Source: Rhodosorus marinus CCMP1338 (Eukaryota > Plantae > Rhodophyta). From it: 64,000 bases of DNA. The notes under the pieces are model-generated. The model did no database searches and was not told the DNA's origin. It worked only from the letters and a program-made list of their open reading frames with translations. The stretch lies in the NCBI GenBank assembly GCA_029953675.1, contig JAMWBK010000004.1, forward strand, positions 1,302,001-1,366,000, in the 5' to 3' direction. The translations under genes were made by a program, and so were the position numbers. Shown piece by piece: positions 1 to 13,215 of this stretch. Within the stretch, counting starts at the first letter, position 1; each line of letters begins with the position of its first letter.

Positions 1-1078
1 CTAGAGGTACGCTCGAGCTTCTTTTGCGATCGAAGGTCCCCTCTGCACTCGATAAGTTTGTCGAGCGCTGATGCTCGGAATTGTGTGCAAATTTTGTAGG
101 CAAACGGCGGCTCCTTGGGAAGGGGAGAAAGCCTTCCAAGTTTGTACCAAAATTCACTCCGAGAAAAGCCCTGATTGCTGCGGGTAAGAACGCTCATTGG
201 CACAAAGTTACTTGACCGCTTGAGCTGAGCTTTCTACTGACTATGTGGGCTTACAAATTCAACGGTCCTAGATCCCAAGAAGTCTTCAGAGAGTGGTAAG
301 AAGTCCGCTAGCGCCGCAAACGTTGGAGCGGGCAAAGGTAAGGGTTTCGTAGTCACTTTGATGGGATAGAATTTGCTGCTTCGCATGCAATCTCCCCAAT
401 CCCGTTGCAGTTTCACCCGAAGTGAACGAGCTTACGGCTGATGATGGACCTGCTTCTAATGCTTTGTTTTCTTCACAAGCAGCTTCTGTTGGAGTCGCAA
501 GCGCTGCCCCCGGGGCACCACCTGTCAAGAAGCGAAAGAGGGGTCGGCCTCGCAAGCACCCACTACCGGAACAAGCGCTGGGAGCAGTTCAGGGACTGAA
601 TAGCAACGTTCCAACCGGCCACCTGCCATTGTTTCCCACACCGACAGCTGCAGTTGCCTCTGCAGATGGTGGTAAAAGAAAAACAATGCCTGATCCAAAA
701 GCGCCCGCCGTTAATTCGGCCGGCGGAGTAGGAGCCTCGAGGGATATCTCTGACATCAGCGGCTTGCAACCAAAGCCATTGAACACCGATCAGGAAGCAG
801 GTGAAAGAAACGAGTCGGCTAGACCAGAGCTGACAGAAATCGGAAGTAGTTCTCTCGTTGAGGACGGATCTGAGAAAACCATAGGCAGTCCTCTCGATTC
901 CGGTGGGCTTCGGGAAGCAAATGGCACGACATCAGCCAGACCAGATGTGGATTTAGGATTTACGAACGAAACTGCTGAACCTGCAGATTTGATGCCCGTC
1001 ATCGAACCCGGAGAATCCAAATTGCAAGATGAGCGAGAGTACAACGTGGCGATGGAAGCGTCTGCTGAAGACAACTAA
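1..1078 (+). CDS. 3' part of a multi-exon AT-hook-containing low-complexity protein (5' end outside window)
   Basis: ORF 422-1078 contains KKRKRGRPRKHP (AT-hook GRP core); a GT..AG intron at about 338-411 joins an upstream exon in frame (GAGK|VSPEVNEL). Confidence 0.55.
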
Positions 1079-1464
1079 CCTGCTAAACCTCGGAGAAACT
1101 GTTTTTGTACAGATACCTTATTTGATTTTTGGCGAAACTTATGCAAATAGTTGCTTTTACGTCTTCAAGTAATAATATGAACATCGTTTTCGCCCGTCGC
1201 CACGACCTCACGCTCCTTGATCTCTGCAGGAAACTACTGCTTCCACTTCTCCGAACCTTCGCCGTGGCTTGTTAAGTGACCGCCACCCTTGGAGGAAGAC
1301 GGCTAGGCAATGGAGTGGCGAACTCCCGCTTTGCCAGGTATCCCACGAAAAGTAGTAAAAAAGCGTAAAAAGTATAACGGACGGTGCAACGAAGATTAGG
1401 TCGCCCACTCCAAGGCGGCACTCGCACATGGAGAAGGGTACCACATAAAAAGATACCGATACCG

Positions 1465-1612
1465 GCGCAAAAAAGTGAGGAAAAGTGTGAAAAAATGTAG
1501 AAAGAATGTAAAAAGTGTGAAAAGTGAAAAAAGAGTGAAAAGTGCAAAGAGTGCGAAAAAGTGCGAAAAAAATGTAAAACGGTTACAAAGTGTAGAAAGT
1601 GTAAATAGTGGA
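1465..1612. repeat. Degenerate purine-rich AAAAGTG-type tandem repeat
   Basis: Repeated aaaagtg/aaaagtgtg/aaaaagtgcg/aaagtgt units directly visible. Confidence 0.7.
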
Positions 1613-1899
1613 GCAAATTGCTTTAAGAAAAGCGCGAGTACTTCGCCGCGCTTAGTCTTTTTTTCCCCTCGGGGTTTTTTTTTTCAGCCTCCGATTAAAC
1701 CATTCGTTCGTTCGAAGAAAAGCTCAGAAACCACTGTATGTAAGGGTGTCAGGGCTAGAGCCTCAGGACGATGACCTACACAAACTACAAGAAGTTCCCG
1801 CGCTTTTGAGGGACCCTGAATGTCTTATCTATTCTGAACAGGCTTTTGGAGTGTTTTTGGATAACGTCTATACATAAAGGGATGATTCTAGGGTCAGTC

Positions 1900-4745
1900 G
1901 GCGTTAGATGCAGTGATAATTTACCTGGCTGATCCACTGTCCGCGTTGTTCCCAAACGCGCGACGTGAGTTGGGACCTCTGAGTTTCACCATGTCTTAGC
2001 CCTTTTGTAGACTCTTCAAATGGCATGGATCGGTTGCTTGTCCGACCTGATGAGCTTCTAGCTCATATTGGGTCCGCTCCGAAGGGTCGTGCACATGGTC
2101 CCTCAGGGCTTCGGGTTGCGCTTTTCCATTGGCTTGGTGCGGAGGGCCTGGATGCCCTCTCTCGGGTGCTGGAGGGTCTCGTGAATGGGGACGATTTGTG
2201 TGCAGATGCGTGGGCTTTCTTGTCCCGCTCCGAGCTCGTTCTCTTGCCCAAGCCCGGCCATTCATGCCAGACTCCTTCGTTGCGCCCAATCGAAATGTGC
2301 GAAGCGCTCCGGAAGCTGGCGAGTCGTTTCGTCCCGCGTCGTGTCGTGTCACTAAAGGAGCCAGGGGCTTTTTTGGTTGACTGGTGACTAGCATCCTGCA
2401 GCTGGATGGTCTCAGTGCGTAGCCCTTTGGTACGCCTTCAGTCGATTTCGCGAACGCTTTCAACAGTGTGTCGCGTACTCACGCGCTTGAGGCGGTTCGT
2501 CAGCTCTTTCCAACTGGCTTCCGTTTCTTGCGCCGCGTCTATGGTGGGGCCTCAATTCCCCTCACCTTGTCACCTTGGGTGCAGAGAGCCACAGTTTTGT
2601 GGCACATACGGGTGTTCAGCAGGGAGGCCTCTTAGGGCCTTTCCTGCACGCCTGCGGCTTGCAATTGGCGTTGTTGCGAGTGAAGAATCAGTTCCCGCGG
2701 GTCCGAGTCGTCGCGTTTCATGACGATGTGACGCTCCTCGGCACTCCTCATGATGTTGTGCCGGCGTATTCTTTTCTTGGCGAGGTGGAGCACTTCTAGG
2801 CTTGCGGATAAACCATACCAAGTGTGACTTTTGGGAAGGCCCGCTGTGCGCTGCGGCCCAGGTTCCCCCTTGGTTTCGGGGCATTTTGCATCCCGAGGGC
2901 TTTATTCTATTTGGTGTCCCTGTGGGCACTGCGAGTTTTGTAGAGCGTACCCTTTGTGTGCTCCCGAGTCGCCATGATGAGCTGCTGAATGAGCTGTGCC
3001 GCCTCCCCAAGGGGTACCTCCAGATAGCTTTGCTCATTTTCCGATTCAGCGCGTCCCAGCGCCTGAACTATTTTCTGCGGCAGCTACCTTCCGCGTGGGG
3101 TTCTTGGCTAGCCCTTCGGCTGATCAGCGTGCGAGGGATGTTTTGAGCACATTGTTGGACGCGGAGCTCTCTACATTAGGAGGGGAAGAACAGGCTGTCC
3201 TTCACTGTCAGCTGGCCCTGCCCGTGCGATTGGCGGGACTGGTCGTGGGGACTGACGCGGCGATCCAACCAGTGACCGCGGTGAGCTCTTGGGCCAATGC
3301 ACTGACTACATGCGTGTCATTGCATTGGCCCAAGAGCTCACCGCGGTCACGCAGACCTCTCTATTCTAGGGGAAAACGAACAGACTGTCCTTCACCGCCA
3401 GCTGGCCTTGCCTGTGCGCATGGACGGACTAGCCGTGGGGACTCATGCAATAATCCAACCGGCGGCCGTGGTGAGCTCTTAGGCAAATGCTTTAACTACT
3501 TGGTCTAAGGAGAGCAATCCCGCCGTGCGTGGTTTGTTACGAGGCCTCCGTGAGGGGCATTTGGACGTGACTCTCAGCTCGAGGCTCGGAGGCGTTTTTG
3601 ACGAGCTGGAGGGTGCGTCTCAGAAATGTATTGCCCTGCCAAGCGGTACACCTCCCCGCTACGGGTCGTGGCGGGCAGTTCTTGACTCTTTTGGCGGATC
3701 TCGTTCGGGAAGCTCTGCGGCCGAACCGCGTCTTGACAGTGGAGCCCGGATGGAGGCTGGCGTTTGCGCTGGAGACGATGCTGACATGGATGGTGTCGAT
3801 GCTGAAACGGACGCTGTTGCCGTGCCGTCGAGGCCGCCTGAGGAGCCTGTTACCCGGTCGGGCCCGGCCCCTTCGAGAACTGATGTAGTACAAAAAGCCC
3901 TTTCCTGGGACATACATCGGGACTCGTACGCCACCCTTCTAGGTTCAGCTTCCTCTCCGCCTTCGACCTTGGCTCGCCTTCGTGCTTTGGGGGGTAGCCT
4001 CAGCTCTCACTTCTTTACGGTCATTCCTGCCTACCCGAGGCTAGTGATGACAGACTTCGAGATGCGCACGAGCTTACGTTTGTACCTTGGCTTGCCCCAA
4101 CCGCCGCGGCTGGGGCCTCGAGTTGTAACCTGTGCGGTAGCCACGTGCGGTGCGGTGAATTCGGTGGACACCTGTTGGCATCCTGTCCGCAGGTCCAGGG
4201 GGCTGCTGTTTCGCTATCTTCGTTCCCAAATGCTGGGCACGGACCGGGAGGTGGAGTATGAGGTCCCTCTGCCCGTGGCCACAGCAATTACTGATACGGC
4301 TGACGCACTAGGGGTGCAGCGGGTGGCGGATCTAGTGGTGACTGATCTCAGCGCCCGTCGGAGTGAGTACGTTGACCTTTCTATTCCTTGTCCTCATGCG
4401 ACCAGATATCTACCCGCATCTGCACGCTGCCGTGGCGCTGCGGCTCGGTCAATGCGGCAACTGAAGGATTCCCAGTACGCTGCAGCTATGTTGGACTCTA
4501 CCTCCGCGATTCGGCCTTGTCCTATCGGTTTGTTCCACCCATCATCGAGTGCTTTTGGTTTAGTTGATTGTGTCGGCTCTCGCTGGCTTCGGGGGCTCGT
4601 CACAGCCTAAGTCGAGTTGATAGCCTCCTCACCGAGCTGTCCTTGACCTTATGGCGTTCCAACGCGGCTTTACTGTTCGACGCGCGTCATCAGCGTCTTC
4701 TTTCTCGCATCTCAGGGTAGTTAGGCTCTGATAAACTGATGATGA
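1900..4745 (+). mobile_element. Subfamily B copy, 5'-truncated, frameshifted RT-RLE ORF, (TGA)n tail
   Basis: ORF fragments 2025-2387, 2575-2799 (QQGGLLGP, FHDD), 2802-3146 and 3525-4610 (RVADLVVTD, EYVDLSIPCP, KDSQY); ends ctctgataaac(tga)3. Confidence 0.85.
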
Positions 4746-6027
4746 GCTGTCCTTGACCTTATGGCGTTCCAACGCGGCTTTACTGTTCGACGCGCGTCTT
4801 CAGCGTCTTGTTTCTCGCTTCTCTGGTTAACTACCTAACTGGCTCTGATAAACTGATGATGATGATGATGATGATGAGCTTTCTTTGACGCTGTGGCGCC
4901 CCAATTCTGCTTGTTTTTGGACGCGCGTCATCAGCGTCCTGTCTCCCGCTTCTCAGGGTAGTTAGCCTCTGAATAAACGGATCCTCATCATTGGACGCAG
5001 AAAAAAATTCGTCCTTCACCGGCAGATTGCGTTGCCCGTCCGGGTGGACGGGCTGGCCGTGGGATCTTACGTAGCAAACCAGTTGGCGGCTGGAGTGAGT
5101 TCGTGGGCCAATGCGCTTAATACATGGTCTACGAAGCGTGATCCGCATGTGAGTGGTTTGTTGGGAGGGCTTCGGGTTGGGAGGCTGGATGCGACTCTCG
5201 CCCCACGGCTCGGGGTGGTTTTTGCGGAACCGAAGGCCGCTTTCGGAAACGCCGGGAAAGGCGAGGAACAGCCGCAGAAAGATGGCAGTCCACACAAAGA
5301 TCGCGAACAAACTCAATCGCGCCCAACCCAGACAACAAAACCCGATCTCGTCGCATCCATCAAACCTCTCCCGCACCCTATTTTTTGCTCCAGCTACCCT
5401 CCGAGTGGGGGTCTTGGCTGGCGCGCCGCGCAGACCGACGAGGGAGGGACGTGCTAGGCACGCTGATGGATGCTGAGCTATCTGTTTTGGGGGTTGCAGA
5501 AAAGGACGTCCTTCACCGGCAGATCGCGTTGCCCGTACGGTTGGGCGGGCTGGCTGTGGGATCTTACGCGGCGATCCAGCCGGCTGCTGTGGTGAGTTCG
5601 TGGGCCAATGCGCTTAATACATGGTCTACGGAGTGTGATCCGCATGTGAGTGGTCTGTTGAGTGGACTGCGGGTTGGGCGGCTGGACGGGACTCTCGCCC
5701 CACGGCTCGCTTTGGTTTTTGCGGAACTGGAGGCCGCTTTTCAACAATGTACCGTCCTGCCGAGTGGTACCCAGGCTCGTTGCGATTCCTGGGCGGCAGT
5801 TCTTGAATCATTAGGTGGCCAGCGTTCGGGAGTCTCTGCTGCAGCACCGTGTGTTGGAAATGGTGTAGAAACTCCCTAGGATGCTGACGCCGTCGCTGTG
5901 CCGTGGAGACCGCCAGAGGAGGGCGTTTCCCGGTCGGGTCCACCCCCTTCGAGGACCAATGTAATCCAAAAAACCCTTTCGTGGGACATACATCGGGACT
6001 CGTATGCCACCCTTCTGAGTTTATCTT

Positions 6028-9000
6028 GATGATCCGTTTATTCAGAGGCTAACTACCCTGAGAAGCGAGAGACAAGACGCTGATGACGCGCGTCCACAAA
6101 CAAAGCAGAATTGGAGCGCCACAGCTCCAATTCTGCTTTGTTACAGGGTCAAAGAAAGCTCCGTGAGCAGACTATCTAAACGCCCTGGGTCGTTGCGAAA
6201 CACAGCTCGCAGCCAGCGAGAACCTACACTATCTATCAAGCCAAAGCACTCAATAATGAGGGGGACGAACCGGTATGTCACCGCCGAATCGCGAAAGGTA
6301 GGGTTTGACATCGCTGCCGCGTACTGCGAATCTTTCACTTGCCGCATGGACCGAGTTGCAGCTCCTCGACGCCGAGCCGACGCAGGCAGGTACCTGGTCG
6401 CCTGAGGACAAGGGATGGAGAGGTCAATGTACTCACTGCGACGCGCATTGAGGTCAGTCACAAGGAGATCCGCCACCCGCTGTACCGCTGGGGCGTCACT
6501 CTCATCAGCAATTTCCGATGCCATCGCCAGAGGGACCTCATACTTCACTTCTCGGCCCGTACCGAGGGATTGAGAACGAAGGTAGCGGAACAGCAAGCGG
6601 TTGAGCCGCGTATGGCGTCTGGTCCGGGCCCCTTGAACCTCCGCACAAAACGCCAACAGATGCGCATCATAATCACCCCACGGCACATTGGTCCTGCACA
6701 ATGCGCATCTAGAATCCCGCTCAACAGGCCAAGGGGGTTGCGGCAAGCCCAGGTAAAGTTCGAGATCGGTAAGCGCCAACCGCGGATACGCAGGTATGAC
6801 CGTCAAAAAACGGGAGCTGAGACTCCCCCCCAAACCGCGCAGGCGAGCCAAAGTCGACGCCGAGCACGAAAGTAAACTCAGAAGGGTGGCATACGAGTCC
6901 CGATGTATGTCCCACAAAAAAAAGGTTTTTTGGATTACATCGGTCCTCGAAGGGGCCGGACTCGACCGGGAAACACCCTCCTCTGGCGGTCTCAACGGCC
7001 ACGGCGGCAATTTCCTCGGCAGTTTCTACACCATTTCCAGCACACGGTGCTGCAGCAGAGACTCCCCGAACGCTGGCCACCGAGGGAGTCAAGAACTGCC
7101 GCCCAGGAATCGCAACGAGCCTGAGTACCACTCGGCAGGGCGGTACATTGTTGAAAAGCGGCCACCAGTTCCGCAAAAACCCTCCCGAGCCGTGGAGCGA
7201 GAGTCCCGTCCAGCCGCCCAACCCGCAGTCCACTCAACAAACCACTCACATGCGGATCACACTCCGTAGACCATGTATTAAGCGCATTGGCCCACGAACT
7301 CACCACAGCCGCCGGCTGGATCGCCGCGTAAGATCCCACAGCCAGCCCGCCCAGCCGCACGGGCAACGCGATCTGCCGGTGAAGGACGTCCTTTTCTGCA
7401 TCCCCCAAAACAGATAGCTCAGCATCCACCAGCGTGCCTAGCACGTCCCTCGCTCGTCGGTCTGCGCGGAGCGCGAGCCAAGACCCCCACTCGGAGGGTA
7501 GCTGCCGCAAAAAATGGGTCAACATCTGGCACGCGCTAAACCGGAAGATGAGCAGAGCGGTCTGGAGGTACCCTTCTGGGAGACTACACAGCTCAGTCAG
7601 GAGCTCATCATGATGACCCAGGAGCGCGGAGAGGCTGCGTTCAACAAATATCGGAGTGCCTACGGGGACACCGAAGAGAAGGAAGCCCTCAGCTCGCCAA
7701 ATATCTAGGAACCTGGATGGAACCGCGTCCGTGGTGCAGTGAGACCTCCCCCAGAAGTCGCACTTGGCGTGGTTGATACCTGCGTATGCCCCCACCAAGG
7801 AAGCCACCTCGCCGAGAAAATCGTAGGCCGGCACTAGATCGTCGGGAGTGCCAAGAAGCGTCACATCGTCATGGAAGGCGACCGCACGGACCCGCGGGAA
7901 CTGATGTTTCAGCCGCAACAGCACCAGTTGCAATCCACAGGCGTGCAGGAACGGCCCTAAGGGATCGCCCTGCTGCACACCCGTATGAGCCGCAAAGGTG
8001 TGGCTCTCGGCACCCAAGGTGACAAATCGGGGCCCGTTCGGCGCTTCACCATATACGCGGCGTAAGAACGGGAAGCCAGAGGGGAAAAGCTGACGAACTA
8101 CCTCAAGCGCGTGTGCTCGAGACACACTGTTAAACGCGTTGGCGAAATCCACAGAAAGCGTACCTAAGGGCTCATCGCGGGGACCGTCCAGTTGCAGGAT
8201 ACGTACGCGTCACCAGTTCACAGCCACCTGAATAGCCGACACCGACCTGGGTCAACCCAAAAAAACCGCTGGCCTCCTTAGTGAGCTGACGCGATAGAAA
8301 GGGGGTCGCCAGATTCCGCAATGCTTCGCACATCCCGATTGGCCGAAGGGAAGGTGTCTGGTCTGAATTTCCAGGCTTGGGCAAGAGGACCAGTTGGGAG
8401 CGCGAAAATAGTGCCCAGGCCTCTGCGCAAAAATCGTCCCCATTGACAAGACCCTCCAGTACCCGCGCAAGGGCGTCCAGCCCTTCTTCACCCAACCAGT
8501 GAAAAAGTTCGACCCGGAGTCCTGAGGGACCAGGTGCACGACCTTTCGGGGCGGACCTAAGCAGAGCCAGAACCTCATCCGGCCGAACAAGCAACCGACC
8601 CCTACCGCGTGAGGAATCGACAAAAGGATCTAAGACACGCTGGAACTCAGAGTTCCAACTCACGTCGCGCGCAGGGAACAACGCGGCGACTGGATCAGCC
8701 AGGTCAGTCCGATACGGCTCGACTGAAGCGCCTTGCTGGAGGATGGCCGCCCCACGCCGAATATTCCCCAGTGCCACTGCTGCCTTTGCCCGTACCCGCC
8801 TACGGGAACGAGAAGAAGGTGAAGTCCCGCACGAAGAGAAAGAGGAGACACTAGCGAGGTATAAAGATTCTGAGAAAGCAAAGTCCCCCGCCAGAAAGGA
8901 CTGAACTTTGCATCTAATTGGACATGCATCGCGCCCCTGGGAGACCGTGAGCACTAGCCGAGGAAAAACAACAAAAGCTTCCAAGCAAGTGCTGCTTGAG

Positions 9001-9420
9001 GATGGTCGGCCACCTCCATAAGCAGGAATTCCAAAAGAAAAGAAACCCTTCTGCGCAAGCGATGAGGGAGAGAGACTGGGGGCGAACGAGGGCAAAGAGG
9101 GATATCCCCAGAAGCAAAACGCCCAACAAAACCTTCGAACCAAGAAACAAGGCGAGAACGCCAGTCCTCAAAGCTACCTGGGCTCGGAAAGAAAGCAGGA
9201 AGCTCGCAATGTTCCTTTAAAAGACTCAGACATCCTGCTCCCTCACCACGGAGGAAGCGTCTACGGGATGCGAATCCGCAACGGAATCAGAAGAATTTCC
9301 CCCAACTAGCGCCAAGAAGGGGCGCTTGAGCGGAGGGGCACGCAAAGCGGAGAAGGATGCATAGATAGCCCTAAGGAGCCGGAGACCCTCCCCGGACGCC
9401 AATGGGCGAAGGGACCTCGC
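6028..9420 (-). mobile_element. Subfamily A copy with nearly complete but frameshifted ORF2 (RT + CCHC + RLE), (ATC)n tail
   Basis: Minus-strand ORFs 8172-9143, 6992-8152 (RT core) and 6141-7010 (CALC..H..C, RH, RLE); terminus aataaacggatcatc at 6028-6042. Confidence 0.88.
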
Positions 9421-10454
9421 AGGCGAGCCAACGTCGACGCCGAGCACGAAGGTAAACTCAGAAGGGTGGCATACGAGTCGCGATGTATGTCCCACGAAAG
9501 ATGAAAGCCCCTTCGAGGACCGATCCAAAAAGCCCTTTCGTGGAACAAAAGGGCTTCATACATCGGGACTCGTATGCCACCTTGATGATCCGTTTATTCA
9601 GAGACTAACTACCCTGAGAAGCGAGAGACAAGACGCTGGCGACGCGTGTCCACAAACAAAGCAGAATTGGAGCGCCACAGCTCCAATTCTGCTTTGTTAC
9701 AGGGTCAAAGAAAGCTCCGTGAGCAGACTATCTAAACGCCCTGGGTCGTTGCGAAACACAGCTCGCAGCCAGCGAGAACCTACCCTATCTATCAAGCCAA
9801 AGCACTCAATAATGAGGGGGACGAACCGGTATGTCACCGCCGAATCGCGAAAGGTAGGGTTTGACATCGCTGCCGCGTACTGCGAATCTTTCACTTGCCG
9901 CATGGACCGAGCTGCAGCTCCTCGACGCCGAGCCGACGCAGGCAGGTACCTGGTCGCCTGAGGACAAGGGATGGAGAGGTCAATGTACTCACTGCGACGC
10001 GCATTGAGGTCAGTCACAAGGAGATCCGCCACCCGCTGTACCGCTGCTGGGGCGTCACTCTCATCAGCAATTTCCGATGCCATCGCCAGAGGGACCTCAT
10101 ACTCCACTTCTCGGTCCGTACCGAGGGATTGAGAACGAAGGTAGCTCAGAAGCAAGCGGTTGAGCCGCGTATGGCGCCTGGTCCGGGCCCCTTGAACCTC
10201 CGCACAAGAAGCCAACAAATGCGCACCATAATCACCCCATGGCACATTGCCCCCGCACAATGCGCATCTAGAATCCCGCTCAACAGGCCAAGGGGGTTGC
10301 GGCAAGCCCAGGTAAAGTCGTAACCTTACACGAAGTTCGAGATCGGTTAGCGCCAACCGCCGATACGCAGGTATGACCGTGAAGAAACGGGAGCTGAGAC
10401 TCCCCCCCAAACCGTGCAGGCGAGCCAAAGTCGACGCCGAGTACGAAGGTAGAC

Positions 10455-13215
10455 AGGTACGGCAAAGGCAGCAGTGGCACTGGGGGATATTCGGCGTGGG
10501 GCGGCCATCCTCCAGCAAGGCGCTTCAGTCGAGCCGTATCGGACTGACCTGGCTGATCCAGTCGCCGCGTTGTTCCCTGCGCGCAACGTGAGTTGGAACT
10601 CTGAGTTCCAGCGTGTCTTAGATCCTTTTGTTGATTCCTCACGCGGTAGGGCGACCCCCGTCGGTTGCTTGTTCGGCCGGATGAGGTTCTGGCTCTGCTT
10701 AGGTCCGCCAAGGTCGTGCGCCTGGTCCCTCAGGACTCCGGGTCGAACTTTTTCACTGGTCGGGTGAAGAAGGGCTGGATGCCCTTGCGCGGGTACTGGA
10801 GGGTCTTGTCAATGGGGACGATTTTTGCGCAGAGGCCTGAGCACTATTTTCGCGCTCCCACTGCTCCTCTTGCCCAGGCCTGGACATTCAGACCAGACCC
10901 CTTCCCTTCGGCCAATCGGGGTGCGCGAAGCATTGCGGAATCTGGCGACCCGCTTTCTATCGCGTCAGCTCACTAAGGAGGCCAGCGGTTATTTTGGGTT
11001 GACCCAGGTCGGTGTCGGCCATTCAGGTGGCTGTGAACTGTGACGTGTATCCTGCAGCTGAACGGTCTCCGCGATGAGCCCTTAGGCACGCTTTCTGTGG
11101 ATTTCGCCAACGCGTTGAACAGTGTGTCTCGAGCACACGCGCTTGAGGTAGTTCATCAGCTTTTCCCCTTTGGCTTTCCGTTCTTACGCCGCATATATGG
11201 TGAAGCGCCGAACGGGCGCCGATTTGTCACCTTGGGTGCCGAGAGCCACACCTTTGCGGCTCATACGAGTGTGCAGCAGGGCGATCCCTTAGGGCCGTTC
11301 CTGCACGCCTGTGGATTGCAACTGGTGCTGTTGCGGCTGAAACATCAGTTCCCGCGGGTCCGTGCGGTCGCCTTCCATGACGATGTGACGCTTCTTGGCA
11401 CTCCCGACGATCTGGTGCCGGCCTACGATTTTCTCGGCGAGGTGGCTTCCTTGGTGGGGCTGCGTATCAAGCACGCCAAGTGCGACTTCTGGGGGAGGTC
11501 TCACTGTACCGCGGACGCGGTTCCATCCAGGTTCCTAGATATTTGGCGAGCTGAGAGCTTCCTTCTGTTCGGTGTCACCGTAGGCACTCCGATATTTGTT
11601 GAACGCAGCCTGTCCGCGCTCCTGAGTCATCATGATGAGCTCCTGACTGAGCTGTGTAGTCTCCCAGAAGGGTACCACCAGACCGCCTGCTCATCTTCCG
11701 GTTCAGCGCGTGCCAGATGTTGACCCATTTTTTGCGGCAGCTACCCTCCGAGTAGGGGCCTTGGCTGGCGCGCCGCGCAGACCGACGAGCGAGGGACGTG
11801 CTAGGCACGCTGGTGGATGCTGAGCTATCTGTTTTGCGGGATGTAGAAAAGGACGTCCTTCACCAACAGATCGCGTTGCCCGTGCGGTTGGGCGGGTTGG
11901 CTGTGGGATCTTACGCGGCGATCCAGCCGGCGGCTGTGGTGAGTTCGTGGGCCAATGCGCTTAATACATGGTCTACGGAGTGTGGTCCGCATGTGAGTGG
12001 TTTGTTGAGTGGACTTCGTGTTGGGCGGCTGGACGGGACTCTCGCTCCACGGCTCGGGAGGGTTTTTGCGGAACTGGTGGCCGCTTTTCAACAATGTACC
12101 GCCCTGCCGAGTGGTACCCACGCTCGTTGCGATTCCTGGGCGGCAGTTCTTGACTCCCTCGGTGGCCAGCGTTCGGGGAGTCTCTGCTGCAGCAACGTGT
12201 GTTGGAAATGGTGTAAAAGAAACTGCCGAGGATATTGACGCCGTGGCTGTGCCGTTGAAACCGCCAGAGGAGAGCGTTTCCCGGTCGGGTCCGTCCCCTT
12301 CGAGGACCGATGTAATCCAAAAACCCTTTTTGTGAGACATACATCGGGACTCGTATGCCACCCTTCTGAGTTTACCTTCGTGCTCGGCGTCGACTTTGGC
12401 TCGCCTGCACGGTTTGGGGGGAGTCTCAGCTCCCGTTTCTTCACGGTCATACCTGCGTATCGGCGGTTGGCGCTAACCGATCTCGAACTTCGTGTAAGGT
12501 TACGACTTTACCTGGGCTTGCCGCAACCCCCCTTGGCCTGTTGAGCGGGATTCTAGATGCGCATTATGCGGGACCAATGTGCCGTGGGGTGATTATGATG
12601 CGCGTCTGTTGGCGTCTTGTGCGGAGGTTCAAGGGGCCCGGACCAGACGCCATACGCGGCTCAACCGCTTGCTTTTGCGCTACCTTCGTTCTCAATCCCT
12701 CGGTACGGACCGAGAAGTGGAGTATGAGGTCCCTCTGGCGATGGCATCGGAAATTGCTGATGAGAGTGACGCCCCAGCGGTACAGCGGGTGGCGGATCTC
12801 CTTGTGACTGACCTCAATGCGCGTCGCAGTGAGTACATTGACCTCTCCATCCCTTGTCCTCAGGCGACCAGGTACCTGCCTGCGTCGGCTCGGCGTCGAG
12901 GAGCTGCAGCTCGGTCCATGCGGCAAGTGAAAGATTCGCAGTACGCGGCAGCGATGTCAAACCCTACCTTTCGCGATTCGGCGGTGACATATCGGTTCGT
13001 CACCCTCATTATTGAGTGCTTTGGCTTGATAGATAGGGTAGGTTCTCGCTGGCTGCGAGCTGTGTTTCGCAAAGACCCAGGGCGTTTAGATAGTCTGCTC
13101 ACGGAGCTTTCTTTGACACTGAGGCGCTCCAATTCTGCTTTGTTTGTGGACGCGCGTCATCAGCGTCTTTTCTCTCGCTTCTCAGGGTATTTAGCCTCTG
13201 AATAAACGGATCATC
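10455..13215 (+). mobile_element. Subfamily A copy, 5'-truncated and degenerate, (ATC)2 tail
   Basis: ORF pieces 10474-10767, 11040-11723 (RT with FHDD), 11798-12238 and 12579-13205 (RLE to stop); tail ends at 13215. Confidence 0.85.
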
